The notes under the pieces: model-generated | What the model was told of the DNA's origin: nothing | What the model saw: the letters and a program-made list of their open reading frames with translations, nothing else | The model's database searches: none | Made by a program: the position numbers and the translations under genes | Shown: piece by piece, positions 49,911 through 58,973 of the stretch | How positions within the stretch are numbered: position 1 is the first letter of the stretch | Layout of the letters: each line of letters begins with the position of its first letter | NCBI GenBank assembly: GCA_963825135.1 | Contig: CAWGRW010000009.1 | Location: forward strand, 704,001 to 768,000 | From: an uncultured bacterium | GTDB lineage: Bacteria; Desulfobacterota_D; UBA1144; Nemesobacterales; UBA2774 | Direction of reading: 5' to 3' | DNA: 64,000 bases

Positions 49911-51281
49911 ATGAAAAAAGTAATAAAGATTAGACCCTTCGAGAGCGAGCTCTACGACATCGCCAGGAACCTGGTCATTCAGCTGAGGGATTCGGGGTTC
50001 AAGGCGTACTGCGTCGGCGGGTGCACGAGGGATACGCTTATGAGCGTCCCGCCGAAGGAATACGACATAACGACGAGCGCAACCCCTGACGAGGTCGCGA
50101 GAATATTCCCGCACACCATCCCCGTCGGAGCGAGCTTCGGCGTGATCCTTGTGCTCATAGGCCATTACCGGTTCGAGGTGGCCACGTTCAGGAAAGACAC
50201 GAGCTACTCGGACAGCCGCCATCCGGATTCAGTCACCTACAGCACGGACGAGGAAGAGGACGTGCTGAGGCGGGACTTCACGATAAACGGGATGCTCTAT
50301 GACCCGATAGAAGAAGAGGCCATAGATTTCGTAAGCGGAACGGAGGATATAAGGGACGGGATCATCAGGACTATAGGGGTTCCGTATCTGAGGTTCGACG
50401 AAGACAAGCTCAGGCTTATGCGAGCGGTGAGATTCGCTTCGCGGTACGGGTTCGGGATCGAGAAAGACACGTACGCGGCGCTTGAGAGCCTTGCGTCCGA
50501 GATTACTCTGGTGAGTGAGGAGAGGATAAGGGACGAGCTAGTAAAGATTATCTCGCAGAAGAACCCCGGGGACGGTCTCAAGCTACTGAGAGAATGCGGC
50601 CTACTGCGCTCCATACTCCCGGAAGTCGAGGTTATGCACGGGGTGGAACAGCCGCCGGAATTCCACCCGGAGGGGGATGTATTCACGCACACGTGCCTGG
50701 TGTTGGACAGGATATACGAGAACACGGAGGGGTTCGCCTCGCCCGAGCTCGTCATGGGCGGACTGCTGCACGACGTAGGGAAACCCCCGACTTTTTCAGT
50801 CTCGGACAGGATAAGGTTCAACGGGCACGACAGGCTCGGCGCGGACATGTCCCGGGAGATATGCAGGAGGCTCAAATTCTCGAACAAACAGATCGAGCTC
50901 ATCTACGAGCTCGTGCGGGACCATCTGAAGTTCAAGGACGTCTTCCACATGAAAAAAAGCACATTAAAGAGATTCATCGGGATGCCGGGCTTCGAGGAAC
51001 ACATGGTTTTACATCTCTCAGACTGCCTCGCGTCTCACGGCTCGACCGAAGCGTACGACTTCATCATACAGAAGCTGGGCGAGCTCAAGGACGAGGAGAT
51101 TAAACCGGAGCCTCTGATCGGGGGCAGGGAGCTTATCGAGATGGGGTATACCCCGGGGCCGATCTTCTCGGAGATACTGAACTTCGTCGAAGAAGCCCAG
51201 CTCGAGGGTGAGATCAAAAGCAAGGAAGAAGCGGAAGAGATCGTGTCAAAAAAATATCCGATCAAAAGTAAAGACGCATAG
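49911..51281 (+). CDS. cca: tRNA nucleotidyltransferase (class II) with HD domain
   Basis: VGGCTRD, EYDITT, EVATFR, flexible loop YSDSRHP, RRDFTING, EDKLRLMR, SEERIRDE, LLHDVGK. Confidence 0.88.
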   Translation: MKKVIKIRPFESELYDIARNLVIQLRDSGFKAYCVGGCTRDTLMSVPPKEYDITTSATPDEVARIFPHTIPVGASFGVILVLIGHYRFEVATFRKDTSYSDSRHPDSVTYSTDEEEDVLRRDFTINGMLYDPIEEEAIDFVSGTEDIRDGIIRTIGVPYLRFDEDKLRLMRAVRFASRYGFGIEKDTYAALESLASEITLVSEERIRDELVKIISQKNPGDGLKLLRECGLLRSILPEVEVMHGVEQPPEFHPEGDVFTHTCLVLDRIYENTEGFASPELVMGGLLHDVGKPPTFSVSDRIRFNGHDRLGADMSREICRRLKFSNKQIELIYELVRDHLKFKDVFHMKKSTLKRFIGMPGFEEHMVLHLSDCLASHGSTEAYDFIIQKLGELKDEEIKPEPLIGGRELIEMGYTPGPIFSEILNFVEEAQLEGEIKSKEEAEEIVSKKYPIKSKDA

Positions 51282-51292
51282 GTCTTCGTAGC

Positions 51293-51739
51293 TTACTTGA
51301 ACGTCCCCTCGTTGAAATCGGAAGAGTTATACCAAAAGTCACCCTTCTTTATCCACGTGTCCCGCACCATGACGCTCTTCTCGGAGACAGAAGGATACTT
51401 ATAATACGTAAACAGGACCCTTACCTCGCACTCGCCTGTTTCCGCCCCCTTTTTATCCCCCTTGGGATCTTCTTCGGTGAGGTAAACCACTTCTTTTATT
51501 TCATAGCCGGTGATATTCAGGTCCTTCTCGTTTGCAAGGACGAAGGCTTCAAATTCCTTGTAGTTGTCCGGGTCTACGAACTGAACGGCTTTATCGTAAG
51601 ACTTCCACATCAATAGCTTGTAGAAGAAATCGCTCGATTTCGAAAGGGATTCCTGGTCTTCGTTCTGGATAATACCGGTCGTCGTACCGCAACCGGCTAA
51701 AACGAACGCGACGAGGAGACATGATACGGCTTTCTTCAT
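51293..51739 (-). CDS. Hypothetical lipoprotein
   Basis: Lipobox LAGC after a signal peptide. Confidence 0.75.
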   Translation of the reverse strand: MKKAVSCLLVAFVLAGCGTTTGIIQNEDQESLSKSSDFFYKLLMWKSYDKAVQFVDPDNYKEFEAFVLANEKDLNITGYEIKEVVYLTEEDPKGDKKGAETGECEVRVLFTYYKYPSVSEKSVMVRDTWIKKGDFWYNSSDFNEGTFK

Positions 51740-51785
51740 GGTAGAAGGGTAATGCCGCCGGACGAATATATCAAATAACAGAGTA

Positions 51786-51810
51786 CGGGGGGATCGTCTT
51801 GAGCCCCCCG
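51786..51810 (-). terminator. GC hairpin after atpE, probable terminator
   Basis: CGGGGGG...CCCCCCG stem. Confidence 0.5.
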
Positions 51811-51818
51811 CGCCCGTG

Positions 51819-52145
51819 CTATATTTTTCCCTGAAGCAAGAATGCTATGAGAAGAGCATAAATAACGAGAGACTCGATAAGAGCAAGACCGATGATCATC
51901 GGAGTGAGGATCTTGGAGCTTGCGCCCGGGTTTCTCGCAATACCGCTCAATGCAGCCGCGGTCGCGCGCCCCTGACCGAGACCGGCCACACCCGCGGCGA
52001 TCCCTATCCCCAATCCCGCACCGAGTGCGAGGCCGAGCTTTGTAAGCTCTCCGCCGCTGCCTTCCTGCGCGAATGCGGCATCAGGAATAAAAGCAGCAAG
52101 CATAGCTACTCCGACTATCGAGAGAATCGAAAGTGCTGTTTTCAT
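51819..52145 (-). CDS. atpE: ATP synthase Fo subunit c with N-terminal leader
   Basis: GxGxGx[16 protein letters not shown]. Confidence 0.96.
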   Translation of the reverse strand: MKTALSILSIVGVAMLAAFIPDAAFAQEGSGGELTKLGLALGAGLGIGIAAGVAGLGQGRATAAALSGIARNPGASSKILTPMIIGLALIESLVIYALLIAFLLQGKI

Positions 52146-52193
52146 TTTTTACCTCCTTCTGTATAGTAGGTCATTTTTTTTCATGCTCAAATT

Positions 52194-52892
52194 TTATTCA
52201 ATCTCGGCTTCATGCGCCGTGGCAAGAGATATGTATATCGCCGACAGCACCGTAAATATAAACGCCTGAAGAAAAGATACAAATATACCCAAACCGATAA
52301 ATATGGCGGGGATTATATAGTGCACCAGATTAGTGAATACTCCCAGTATCAGGTGATCTCCCGTTATGTTCATGAAAAGCCTGAGCGACAGCGATACGGG
52401 GCGGACGAAATGACTGATCACCTCGATTATGAACATCAGCGGAGCCAGGAAAACCACCGGACCAGCAAAATGCTTTAAATAACCGAGCCCGTTTTCCTTA
52501 AACCCGTAGAAGTTATACATTACGAATATAACGAGCGCGCAGGCAACGGGCACGTTAAAGTTCCCGGTCGGAGGCAGGAAGCCCGGGATTATCCCCAGGA
52601 AATTCGCGAACAAAATGAAGAAAAAAGAGGCTCCAAGGATAGGGAAATATTTCTTCGCGTTTTCCTTCGAGCCGAGCATGTTCGTGAACAAATCGAATAG
52701 AAAATCAATGGTGAGTATTTCGAATATGGTCCTGATCGAGAACTTCTCGTCAGGCAAAACAGAATCTTCCCTGGAAAGAGCTTTCTTTATCGAGAGCCCG
52801 GCCAGGGTCAGAAGAATAAGTACCAGTATCGAACCGAGTATATAGTCGTACTGTCCGAGTCCCATCAAAGAAAACCAGCTAAAGTGTTCCAT
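52194..52892 (-). CDS. atpB: ATP synthase Fo subunit a
   Basis: NFLGIIPG, RPVSLSLRLFMN, LQAFIFTVL. Confidence 0.96.
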   Translation of the reverse strand: MEHFSWFSLMGLGQYDYILGSILVLILLTLAGLSIKKALSREDSVLPDEKFSIRTIFEILTIDFLFDLFTNMLGSKENAKKYFPILGASFFFILFANFLGIIPGFLPPTGNFNVPVACALVIFVMYNFYGFKENGLGYLKHFAGPVVFLAPLMFIIEVISHFVRPVSLSLRLFMNITGDHLILGVFTNLVHYIIPAIFIGLGIFVSFLQAFIFTVLSAIYISLATAHEAEIE

Positions 52893-53265
52893 CTTTACTC
52901 CCCTTGAGACTCTCTCCGATTATGACGATAACGACCCCGGTGACCCCGATGAAAAACCCGTAAAGGTTCACTTTGGCAAATACGAATAAAGCAGCCACTA
53001 TCGCGATAAATACAGCCATTTTGATTATAAACGCGAATATGCCGAAGCGTTTCGGATAGGAATTCGAGATGAGCGCGTTCACCAGGAACCTGATAGCCAT
53101 GAAATTGGCGGTAAACAGAATGCCCCCAGCCGCCGTACCCACGGCGAGCTCTCTTGAACCGACAAAATAACACACGACCATCAGAATCGACGTAACCGCC
53201 AATCCGCTTCTTTCCACTCGCCCTATGCTCGGTATATTAATTAGACTCGCTGTCCTTTCCGTCAT
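52879..53265 (-). CDS. atpI: ATP synthase I chain
   Basis: Four TM helices, directly upstream of atpB. Confidence 0.8.
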   Translation of the reverse strand: MTERTASLINIPSIGRVERSGLAVTSILMVVCYFVGSRELAVGTAAGGILFTANFMAIRFLVNALISNSYPKRFGIFAFIIKMAVFIAIVAALFVFAKVNLYGFFIGVTGVVIVIIGESLKGSKDGTL

Positions 53266-53467
53266 TTACCCGTTTTATCATCCTCAAAAGAATATTGAAC
53301 CCTGCGAACCCGCCGGCTAATAACCCTATTATCGTAAACCAGGGGGTCTTGGTGCCGACAAGTTTATCCAGATATTGTCCGAGCAGTATCCCGGCTATGA
53401 CCGAGAACCCGAGCTCGAAGCCGATGGCGATAAACGTCAGCCATTTATATTTACCTTCGCTCTTAAA
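53237..53467 (-). CDS. AtpZ/AtpI-family small protein, absent from the ORF track; no canonical in-frame start
   Basis: Manual translation: KYKWLTFIAIGFELGFSVIAGILLGQYLDKLVGTKTPWFTIIGLLAGGFAGFNILLR, matching the G..LD....T.PWF AtpZ pattern. Confidence 0.8.
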   Translation of the reverse strand, partial: FKSEGKYKWLTFIAIGFELGFSVIAGILLGQYLDKLVGTKTPWFTIIGLLAGGFAGFNILLRMIKRVNDGKDSESN

Positions 53468-53487
53468 AGTACTCCCCCCCTATTGTC

Positions 53488-54777
53488 TTAGACCTCTTTA
53501 AGAGCCTTATACAAAACGTTAAGCGTGCGATTGACATCCTTCTCCGTATGGGCAAGTGAAAGAAAAACCGCCTCAAACTGAGAAGGCGGAAACATAATAC
53601 CAGCCCTGAGTAGATTTTCAAAGAATTTTGCATACTTTTTTGTATCGCTCTTCAGTACGGTCACGTAATCCACGGGATTCGGCGCCGTAAAGAATATAGT
53701 AAACATCGATTCCACGGAGTTGACAGAAACACTGAGTCCCAGCTTTTTAATAATCTCCTTAATACCTTCAACCATTATAAGCGTCAGCTCTCTGAGCCTC
53801 CTGTAATTCCCCCGCTCGTTGAGTTTCTTAAGGGTGGCGAGCCCCGCAGCCATCGCCAGGGGATTGCCGGAAAGCGTCCCGGCTTGGTACATCGGGCCTA
53901 TCGGGGCAACCATGCTCATAATGTCCTTGCGCCCGCCAAACGCCCCCACCGGGAGCCCCCCTCCGATAATCTTCCCAAGGCAGGTAATGTCGGGCGTAAT
54001 CCCGTATTTACTCTGGGCGCCCCCCATACCGAGCCTGAACCCGGTAATAACCTCGTCGAAAATCAGAAGCGAGCCCGAATCCCTCGTAATCCGTCTGAGG
54101 CCCTCCAGGAAACCTTCGGCGGGCGGCACGACCCCCATATTTGCGGCAACGGGCTCGAGAATCACGCCCGCTATCTTATCCCCGTACTTTTGATAAAGCC
54201 GACTTACCGAGTCAAGATCGTTGTATTTCGCCAGCAGAGTCTTTTCAGTAAAAGCCTCCGGAACCCCGGGGCTGCTCGGTGTCCCGAACGTAGTGGCCCC
54301 GGAGCCGGCCTGAACCAGCAGATAATCGGCGTGCCCGTGGTAACACCCCTCGAATTTAACTATGTAGTCCCTTTTCGTATACGCTCGGGCAAGGCGTACC
54401 CCGCTCATGGTGGCTTCAGTGCCGGAGCTCGTCATCCTGACCATATCAATCGAAGGAAAGGATTTAACTATCAGCTTGGCCACCTCTATTTCATTCCTGC
54501 AGGGCGCCCCGTAGCTTGTCCCTTTTTCGGCTGCGTTCTTTACCGCCCTTACCACCTCGGGCGCTGCATGACCGAGAATCAGCGGTCCCCAGGAAGACAT
54601 GTAATCGGTGTATTTATTGCCGTCTTCGTCATAGATGTACTGGCCCTTGGCCCTTGAAATGAAGACGGGGGTGCCTGAAACGGCATTGAATGACCGGACC
54701 GGACTGTTCACACCGCCGGGCATGAGTTTTTCCGCGGTTTTATAAAGCTTTTTCGATTTCGTGAGTCGGAGATTCAT
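53488..54777 (-). CDS. hemL: Glutamate-1-semialdehyde 2,1-aminomutase
   Basis: MPGGVNSPVR, SGTEATM, FEGCYHGH, FDEVITGFR, GKIIGGGLP, QAGTLSGNP. Confidence 0.97.
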   Translation of the reverse strand: MNLRLTKSKKLYKTAEKLMPGGVNSPVRSFNAVSGTPVFISRAKGQYIYDEDGNKYTDYMSSWGPLILGHAAPEVVRAVKNAAEKGTSYGAPCRNEIEVAKLIVKSFPSIDMVRMTSSGTEATMSGVRLARAYTKRDYIVKFEGCYHGHADYLLVQAGSGATTFGTPSSPGVPEAFTEKTLLAKYNDLDSVSRLYQKYGDKIAGVILEPVAANMGVVPPAEGFLEGLRRITRDSGSLLIFDEVITGFRLGMGGAQSKYGITPDITCLGKIIGGGLPVGAFGGRKDIMSMVAPIGPMYQAGTLSGNPLAMAAGLATLKKLNERGNYRRLRELTLIMVEGIKEIIKKLGLSVSVNSVESMFTIFFTAPNPVDYVTVLKSDTKKYAKFFENLLRAGIMFPPSQFEAVFLSLAHTEKDVNRTLNVLYKALKEV

Positions 54778-54874
54778 ATCCGCAATTAGGAGTGGGAATC
54801 ATAAAACAGCGAGTAGTAAACATGGATTCTTCCGGGGTGTCAAGTGACACTTCCTTCCGACAAACAAATAAGGC

Positions 54875-54910
54875 AAAAAAAAGAGAGAAACCCCGTCAGG
54901 GGTTTCTCTC
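54875..54910 (-). terminator. Intrinsic terminator after the OmpA-like gene
   Basis: Minus strand GAGAGAAACCCC-TGAC-GGGGTTTCTCTC followed by T8. Confidence 0.9.
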
Positions 54911-54993
54911 CGTAATTTACACCTCACCTGTCTCATACTTCAAGAACGATGAGAAACTGTCTTATATTCAAGCGATTAGGTCAAACTTATATT

Positions 54994-55764
54994 TTAGTTT
55001 GCGTACTGAAATATAAGTCTTGCACCTACTTTCGCAGACGGCGATGTTACAACGAAGTGCGCCCTTCTGTTAAGCTGATAGGCTTCTTCCGTTGTTCCCG
55101 CGCCGAACTGTGTTGTTTCGCCGCCGCTTGAAGTTGTTATCCTGGCAGGGTCGATACCCAGCTGGACGAGAAACGCCTTCGTTGAGTCGGCCCTTCTCTG
55201 AGCAAGCTTCAAGTTGTATGCGGGTGTACCTCTGATATCCGCATAACCTTCAATCAATACAGTCAGATTAGCATCTGCCTGTAATGTAGCCGCGTTCTCC
55301 TCGAGCACCGCTGCAGCGTCCGGCCTGACGTTGTACTTATCGAAGTCAAAGAAAATATCTTTGAGCTCAGGTGCGGGCGGCGGGGGTGGCGGGGGTGGCG
55401 GTGGCGGTGGTACTGCACATTTTAATTTCGCTTCGTCTGCCTTTGCCTTGGCATCGATTAGCATTCTGCGAGCTTCAAGCTCACTGCAGAATTCTGACGC
55501 GAGGGCCTTACCCTTAGCTAATGCCGATTCAGCAGCTGCTAGTTCATCTTCACCACAAGGGGCTCCGCAATAATCGCCTCTTGTAGGATCATCACCGCAG
55601 ACTCTCTGCTTACATTGCTCACAAGTAGCTTTTGCCTCAGCTGTTGCCGATTCAGCAGCTGCCAGCTCTTTTGTCGGCGGGGGTGTTGCGCAGCTAGCCA
55701 AATAGAGCAATGCAACGACTAATAAGGGGATACCCAAAAACAGGATTTGCTTATCCCTTTTCAT
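54994..55764 (-). CDS. OmpA/Pal-family lipoprotein with Cys-rich helical N-domain and Pro12 linker
   Basis: Lipobox LASC; IFFDFDK, IEGYADIRGT..YNLKLAQRRA, NRRAHF. Confidence 0.88.
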   Translation of the reverse strand: MKRDKQILFLGIPLLVVALLYLASCATPPPTKELAAAESATAEAKATCEQCKQRVCGDDPTRGDYCGAPCGEDELAAAESALAKGKALASEFCSELEARRMLIDAKAKADEAKLKCAVPPPPPPPPPPPPAPELKDIFFDFDKYNVRPDAAAVLEENAATLQADANLTVLIEGYADIRGTPAYNLKLAQRRADSTKAFLVQLGIDPARITTSSGGETTQFGAGTTEEAYQLNRRAHFVVTSPSAKVGARLIFQYAN

Positions 55765-55824
55765 TCTACTGCACCTCCTTTAAGAGTTTTTTGAGTACTT
55801 AACGAGTACATAATAATAAACAGT

Positions 55825-56562
55825 TTAACGCTCAACTGCAAGCTCCGAAATTTTTTCTTTTGCTGTCTTGGCTTCGTCGGAATTCGGATACTTATCTATC
55901 AGCGTTTGGAAGAACAATTTGGCTTCCTCATTCTTGCCGATTTCGACCAAAGAAAGGCCCTGCTTCAGATAAGCAAGGGGCACTCTTTCGTCTTTGGGAT
56001 AAGTATCTATGAACCTCTGATATTCAAGTATTGATTCCTCAAATTGTCCTTCCCTGTAATAAGATTCGGCAATCCAGTAACTAGCGTCATTCGCCTTGCC
56101 GGATTTGGGGTATTTGGACAAATACTCTTTGAACTTCGTTCTTGAATCGTCGTATTTCCCGTCGCTAAGGTCCGTATACGCCTCATTGAAAATGACTTCA
56201 TCAGTGTTTACGGAAGCCGTCTCAGACGGCATCTGCGTCTGGGAACCGGTCTCGGTAACGGGCGGAGGGGTGGAACCCAGGCTCAGCTGGTTTACCTTGG
56301 ATTCGAGCTTCGAATAAGCCTGGTTTAACTCGTTGATACTGGCCTCAAGCTGATAAACTTTTTCCTGCAGCCCGACATCGGTACCCGTGGCGCTCGCCTC
56401 TTTCTGGCCAACGGCTTCTACCTGATTGGACAGCCTCTCCACCTTGGCTTCGAGCCTGGTTTGGCGGGCATATACGCTGCTCACATCGCCCTGAGTAGCC
56501 ACACAACCAATAGACATAATAGAAGTCACCGCCACCATGATGTTAATCGCTTTAGCATGCAT
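55825..56562 (-). CDS. cpoB: Tol-Pal system protein CpoB/YbgF
   Basis: Coiled coil plus TPR (ASYWIAESYY, YPK, AYLKQG, LIDKYPNS); follows a pal-like gene. Confidence 0.88.
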   Translation of the reverse strand: MHAKAINIMVAVTSIMSIGCVATQGDVSSVYARQTRLEAKVERLSNQVEAVGQKEASATGTDVGLQEKVYQLEASINELNQAYSKLESKVNQLSLGSTPPPVTETGSQTQMPSETASVNTDEVIFNEAYTDLSDGKYDDSRTKFKEYLSKYPKSGKANDASYWIAESYYREGQFEESILEYQRFIDTYPKDERVPLAYLKQGLSLVEIGKNEEAKLFFQTLIDKYPNSDEAKTAKEKISELAVER

Positions 56563-56571
56563 AGATCATAC

Positions 56572-57270
56572 CTAGAAACTCGGAGAACCGACTGCCGGGA
56601 CAAAATGCGCCCTTCTGTTCTGCTCATAATCATAATCAGTTGTACCCGCAGCAAACTGTTCGGTCTCTCCTTTGCTTATAGGCTGCACCTTAGAAGGCGA
56701 AATCCCTAGCCCTATAAGATAATTGGCCACTGATTCGGCTCTTCTTTGGCCTAAGGCCAGATTATATTCCTCCGTGCCCCTTACGTCACAGTAACCCTCT
56801 ATCACGACGACCTGAAACTTGTCGCCGCTGTTCTTAATTATACTTGCATTTTGGTCAAGTACGGGCTTCGCATCGATTCTTACGGCAGACTGGTCATAAT
56901 CAAAGAAAATATCAACTAACCCGTATTGTGATCCGGCAGGGCTTAAGTCCTGCAGGTTCCCTTCGTCAGCCGTCTTCGCAAAAGCCTGGCTCTTCGCCTT
57001 GCCTTCGGCCTCTATAGCCTTGAATCTGGCCTCTTCCAAAAGCTGGCGGGCCGCGTCTTTATTGCCGGCGGCCATCATTTCCTTTGCTTTTTCAATTAGT
57101 TCTTCAGCGGCCTGGTATTCCGGCAAACCCTCTGCGCCCGCATCTTTAGCAGCCTGCAGAGCCGCCTCTGCATCCGCCATTTCCTTATCCAAATTCGAGC
57201 CGCAACCAACAGCAAACACTAGCGTAAATATAAAGCAAATACTCAAAGCCCTTAACCACTGCCTTTCCAT
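56572..57270 (-). CDS. pal: Peptidoglycan-associated lipoprotein with N-terminal helical (DUF4398-like) domain
   Basis: Lipobox AVGC; IFFDYD, EGYCDVRGTEEYNLALGQRRA, SKGE, QNRRA. Confidence 0.8.
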   Translation of the reverse strand: MERQWLRALSICFIFTLVFAVGCGSNLDKEMADAEAALQAAKDAGAEGLPEYQAAEELIEKAKEMMAAGNKDAARQLLEEARFKAIEAEGKAKSQAFAKTADEGNLQDLSPAGSQYGLVDIFFDYDQSAVRIDAKPVLDQNASIIKNSGDKFQVVVIEGYCDVRGTEEYNLALGQRRAESVANYLIGLGISPSKVQPISKGETEQFAAGTTDYDYEQNRRAHFVPAVGSPSF

Positions 57271-57449
57271 TAAGCTCCTCCTGATTGTAATGAAACTTAT
57301 ACCTGAGATAATTACATTATTTTGGTTGTTAAGTCAAGAGATTTTAATCAAAAATGCGTTAAATCTCAAATAAAAATGGAGAATTTTTAAACCAAATAAT
57401 CGCTACCAAAATCAATTCCGGGATGATATTATTAAAATGAGAGGAACAA

Positions 57450-58238
57450 ATGACCAATCCCATAGCCTCCAGGTCGCTTTTTTGGTTTTTCCTATTTGCC
57501 CAGACGCTCTTCATAACGGGCATCATCGAATCAGGTTATTGCGGAACGATAAACAACGACGAGGTGCTCCTGCCCTCAACTCCTCTAAACGACTCGGTAT
57601 TTGTAGATTTAACGGACGATCGCAGGCCGGATATCGTTCTGGAAAAGGAGGCGGACAGAAAGTCGCTCGCGGACTTTGGGGATTTTCTGCAAAACACGCG
57701 CAATGTTTATTTCACCATATGGCTCATACGAATAGCCCAGGTAAACATGTTCGATGTTAACAATAGGGAGCAGCAAATAATAATAAACCCTCTCAGGTGG
57801 TGGAAGGATTTTCTTGGGTTCCAGAACGACGGACGGAGAAGGGGGGATTTCGAGTGGAAGGACGGTGACAGATTTCAAACAAACTGGATCGCCCATCCGG
57901 CATTCGGCGCTTATACATACCTCTATTACAGGGCCAAAGGATACGACCGTCTCACATCCGCCTTTGGATCGGTCGTCCAGAGCACGCTGTTTGAATACAC
58001 GATTGAGGGGGTTATACAATCGCCATCGATACACGACATGGTTATTACGCCGGGAATCGGCGTTCCGGCCGGCATAGTCCTCGAAGAGTCGTCCAATTGG
58101 CTGTTATCGAGAAACAGCGGATTCTTGAACGCCGTCGGTTATGTGCTAAATCCGATGAGAATAATTATCCCCGACCGGGAAAACGTGAACCTCTCTCCAC
58201 TCGTAAGCGGACAAGTCGTTATAGGGTTTCAATGGTAA
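57450..58238 (+). CDS. DUF3943-like envelope protein
   Basis: DGDRFQTNWIAHP, S.LFEYTIE, PSIHDMVITP pattern. Confidence 0.7.
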   Translation: MTNPIASRSLFWFFLFAQTLFITGIIESGYCGTINNDEVLLPSTPLNDSVFVDLTDDRRPDIVLEKEADRKSLADFGDFLQNTRNVYFTIWLIRIAQVNMFDVNNREQQIIINPLRWWKDFLGFQNDGRRRGDFEWKDGDRFQTNWIAHPAFGAYTYLYYRAKGYDRLTSAFGSVVQSTLFEYTIEGVIQSPSIHDMVITPGIGVPAGIVLEESSNWLLSRNSGFLNAVGYVLNPMRIIIPDRENVNLSPLVSGQVVIGFQW

Positions 58239-58320
58239 ATGCGTGCGTTGAGCCGCCATCCCCCTTATCAGATTAAGACGGTCGAATTTACAAATACCAA
58301 AAATAAAACGGTAATATGAG

Positions 58321-58902
58321 ATGAGCGAAGAAGAAGGTCAGGCAGTGGCAGGAGCGTTCTGGTCGCTTTCCCCGGTGGTTGCTATTACCAGCTCCTGGCA
58401 GGGGAAACCAAACGGCCAGATAGCCGTAACCGCGGTCACCTCTTCCATAGTGCATTCCGTGCCGAGGCTCATCGTCGGAATATGGAAGGGCAATTACACA
58501 CACGAATTCATAATAAACAGCAGGGCGTTCACGATTCACCTCCTGAGGCCGGACCAGCTGGGCCTCGTAAGGGACTTCGGTTTCTACACGGGCAGGGAAA
58601 GAGACAAATTCGAGAACGTGCAGTACAGAACGGGCGTTACCGGGAGCCCCGTTCTCAAAGAGGCGCACTCCTATGCGGAGTGCACGGTGATCAACGCGAT
58701 GGACGGAGGGGACATGACCGCTTTCCTCGTGAGCGTCGCGGACGGAGGAATCATGACCAGCGGCCGGTGGATGACGCTCAGCGACTTTTACTCGAACGCT
58801 CCTGCCGAATGGATCGAGGAGTATGGGGAGAAGCTCTCGCGCTCCGTGGCATTTTCTCTCGGCATAATGCACGACATAGACTATTCGCCCTGGAAACCCT
58901 GA
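58321..58902 (+). CDS. Flavin reductase-like (DIM6/NTAB family) protein
   Basis: PVVAIT, NYTHEFI, FG.YTGRERDKF, TGSPVL, ECTV, GGD. Confidence 0.85.
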   Translation: MSEEEGQAVAGAFWSLSPVVAITSSWQGKPNGQIAVTAVTSSIVHSVPRLIVGIWKGNYTHEFIINSRAFTIHLLRPDQLGLVRDFGFYTGRERDKFENVQYRTGVTGSPVLKEAHSYAECTVINAMDGGDMTAFLVSVADGGIMTSGRWMTLSDFYSNAPAEWIEEYGEKLSRSVAFSLGIMHDIDYSPWKP

Positions 58903-58973
58903 CACTTTACGGATAGCGCCGGACCGAAAAAAATCCGCCGCCCCAAGGAACCGCTAAAGATTGGAGAATTGTC

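Noticed and set aside
51819..53467. Fo genes separated from atpF and the F1 genes as a novelty
   Set aside because: Split atp operons of this form are well known in Deltaproteobacteria-like lineages
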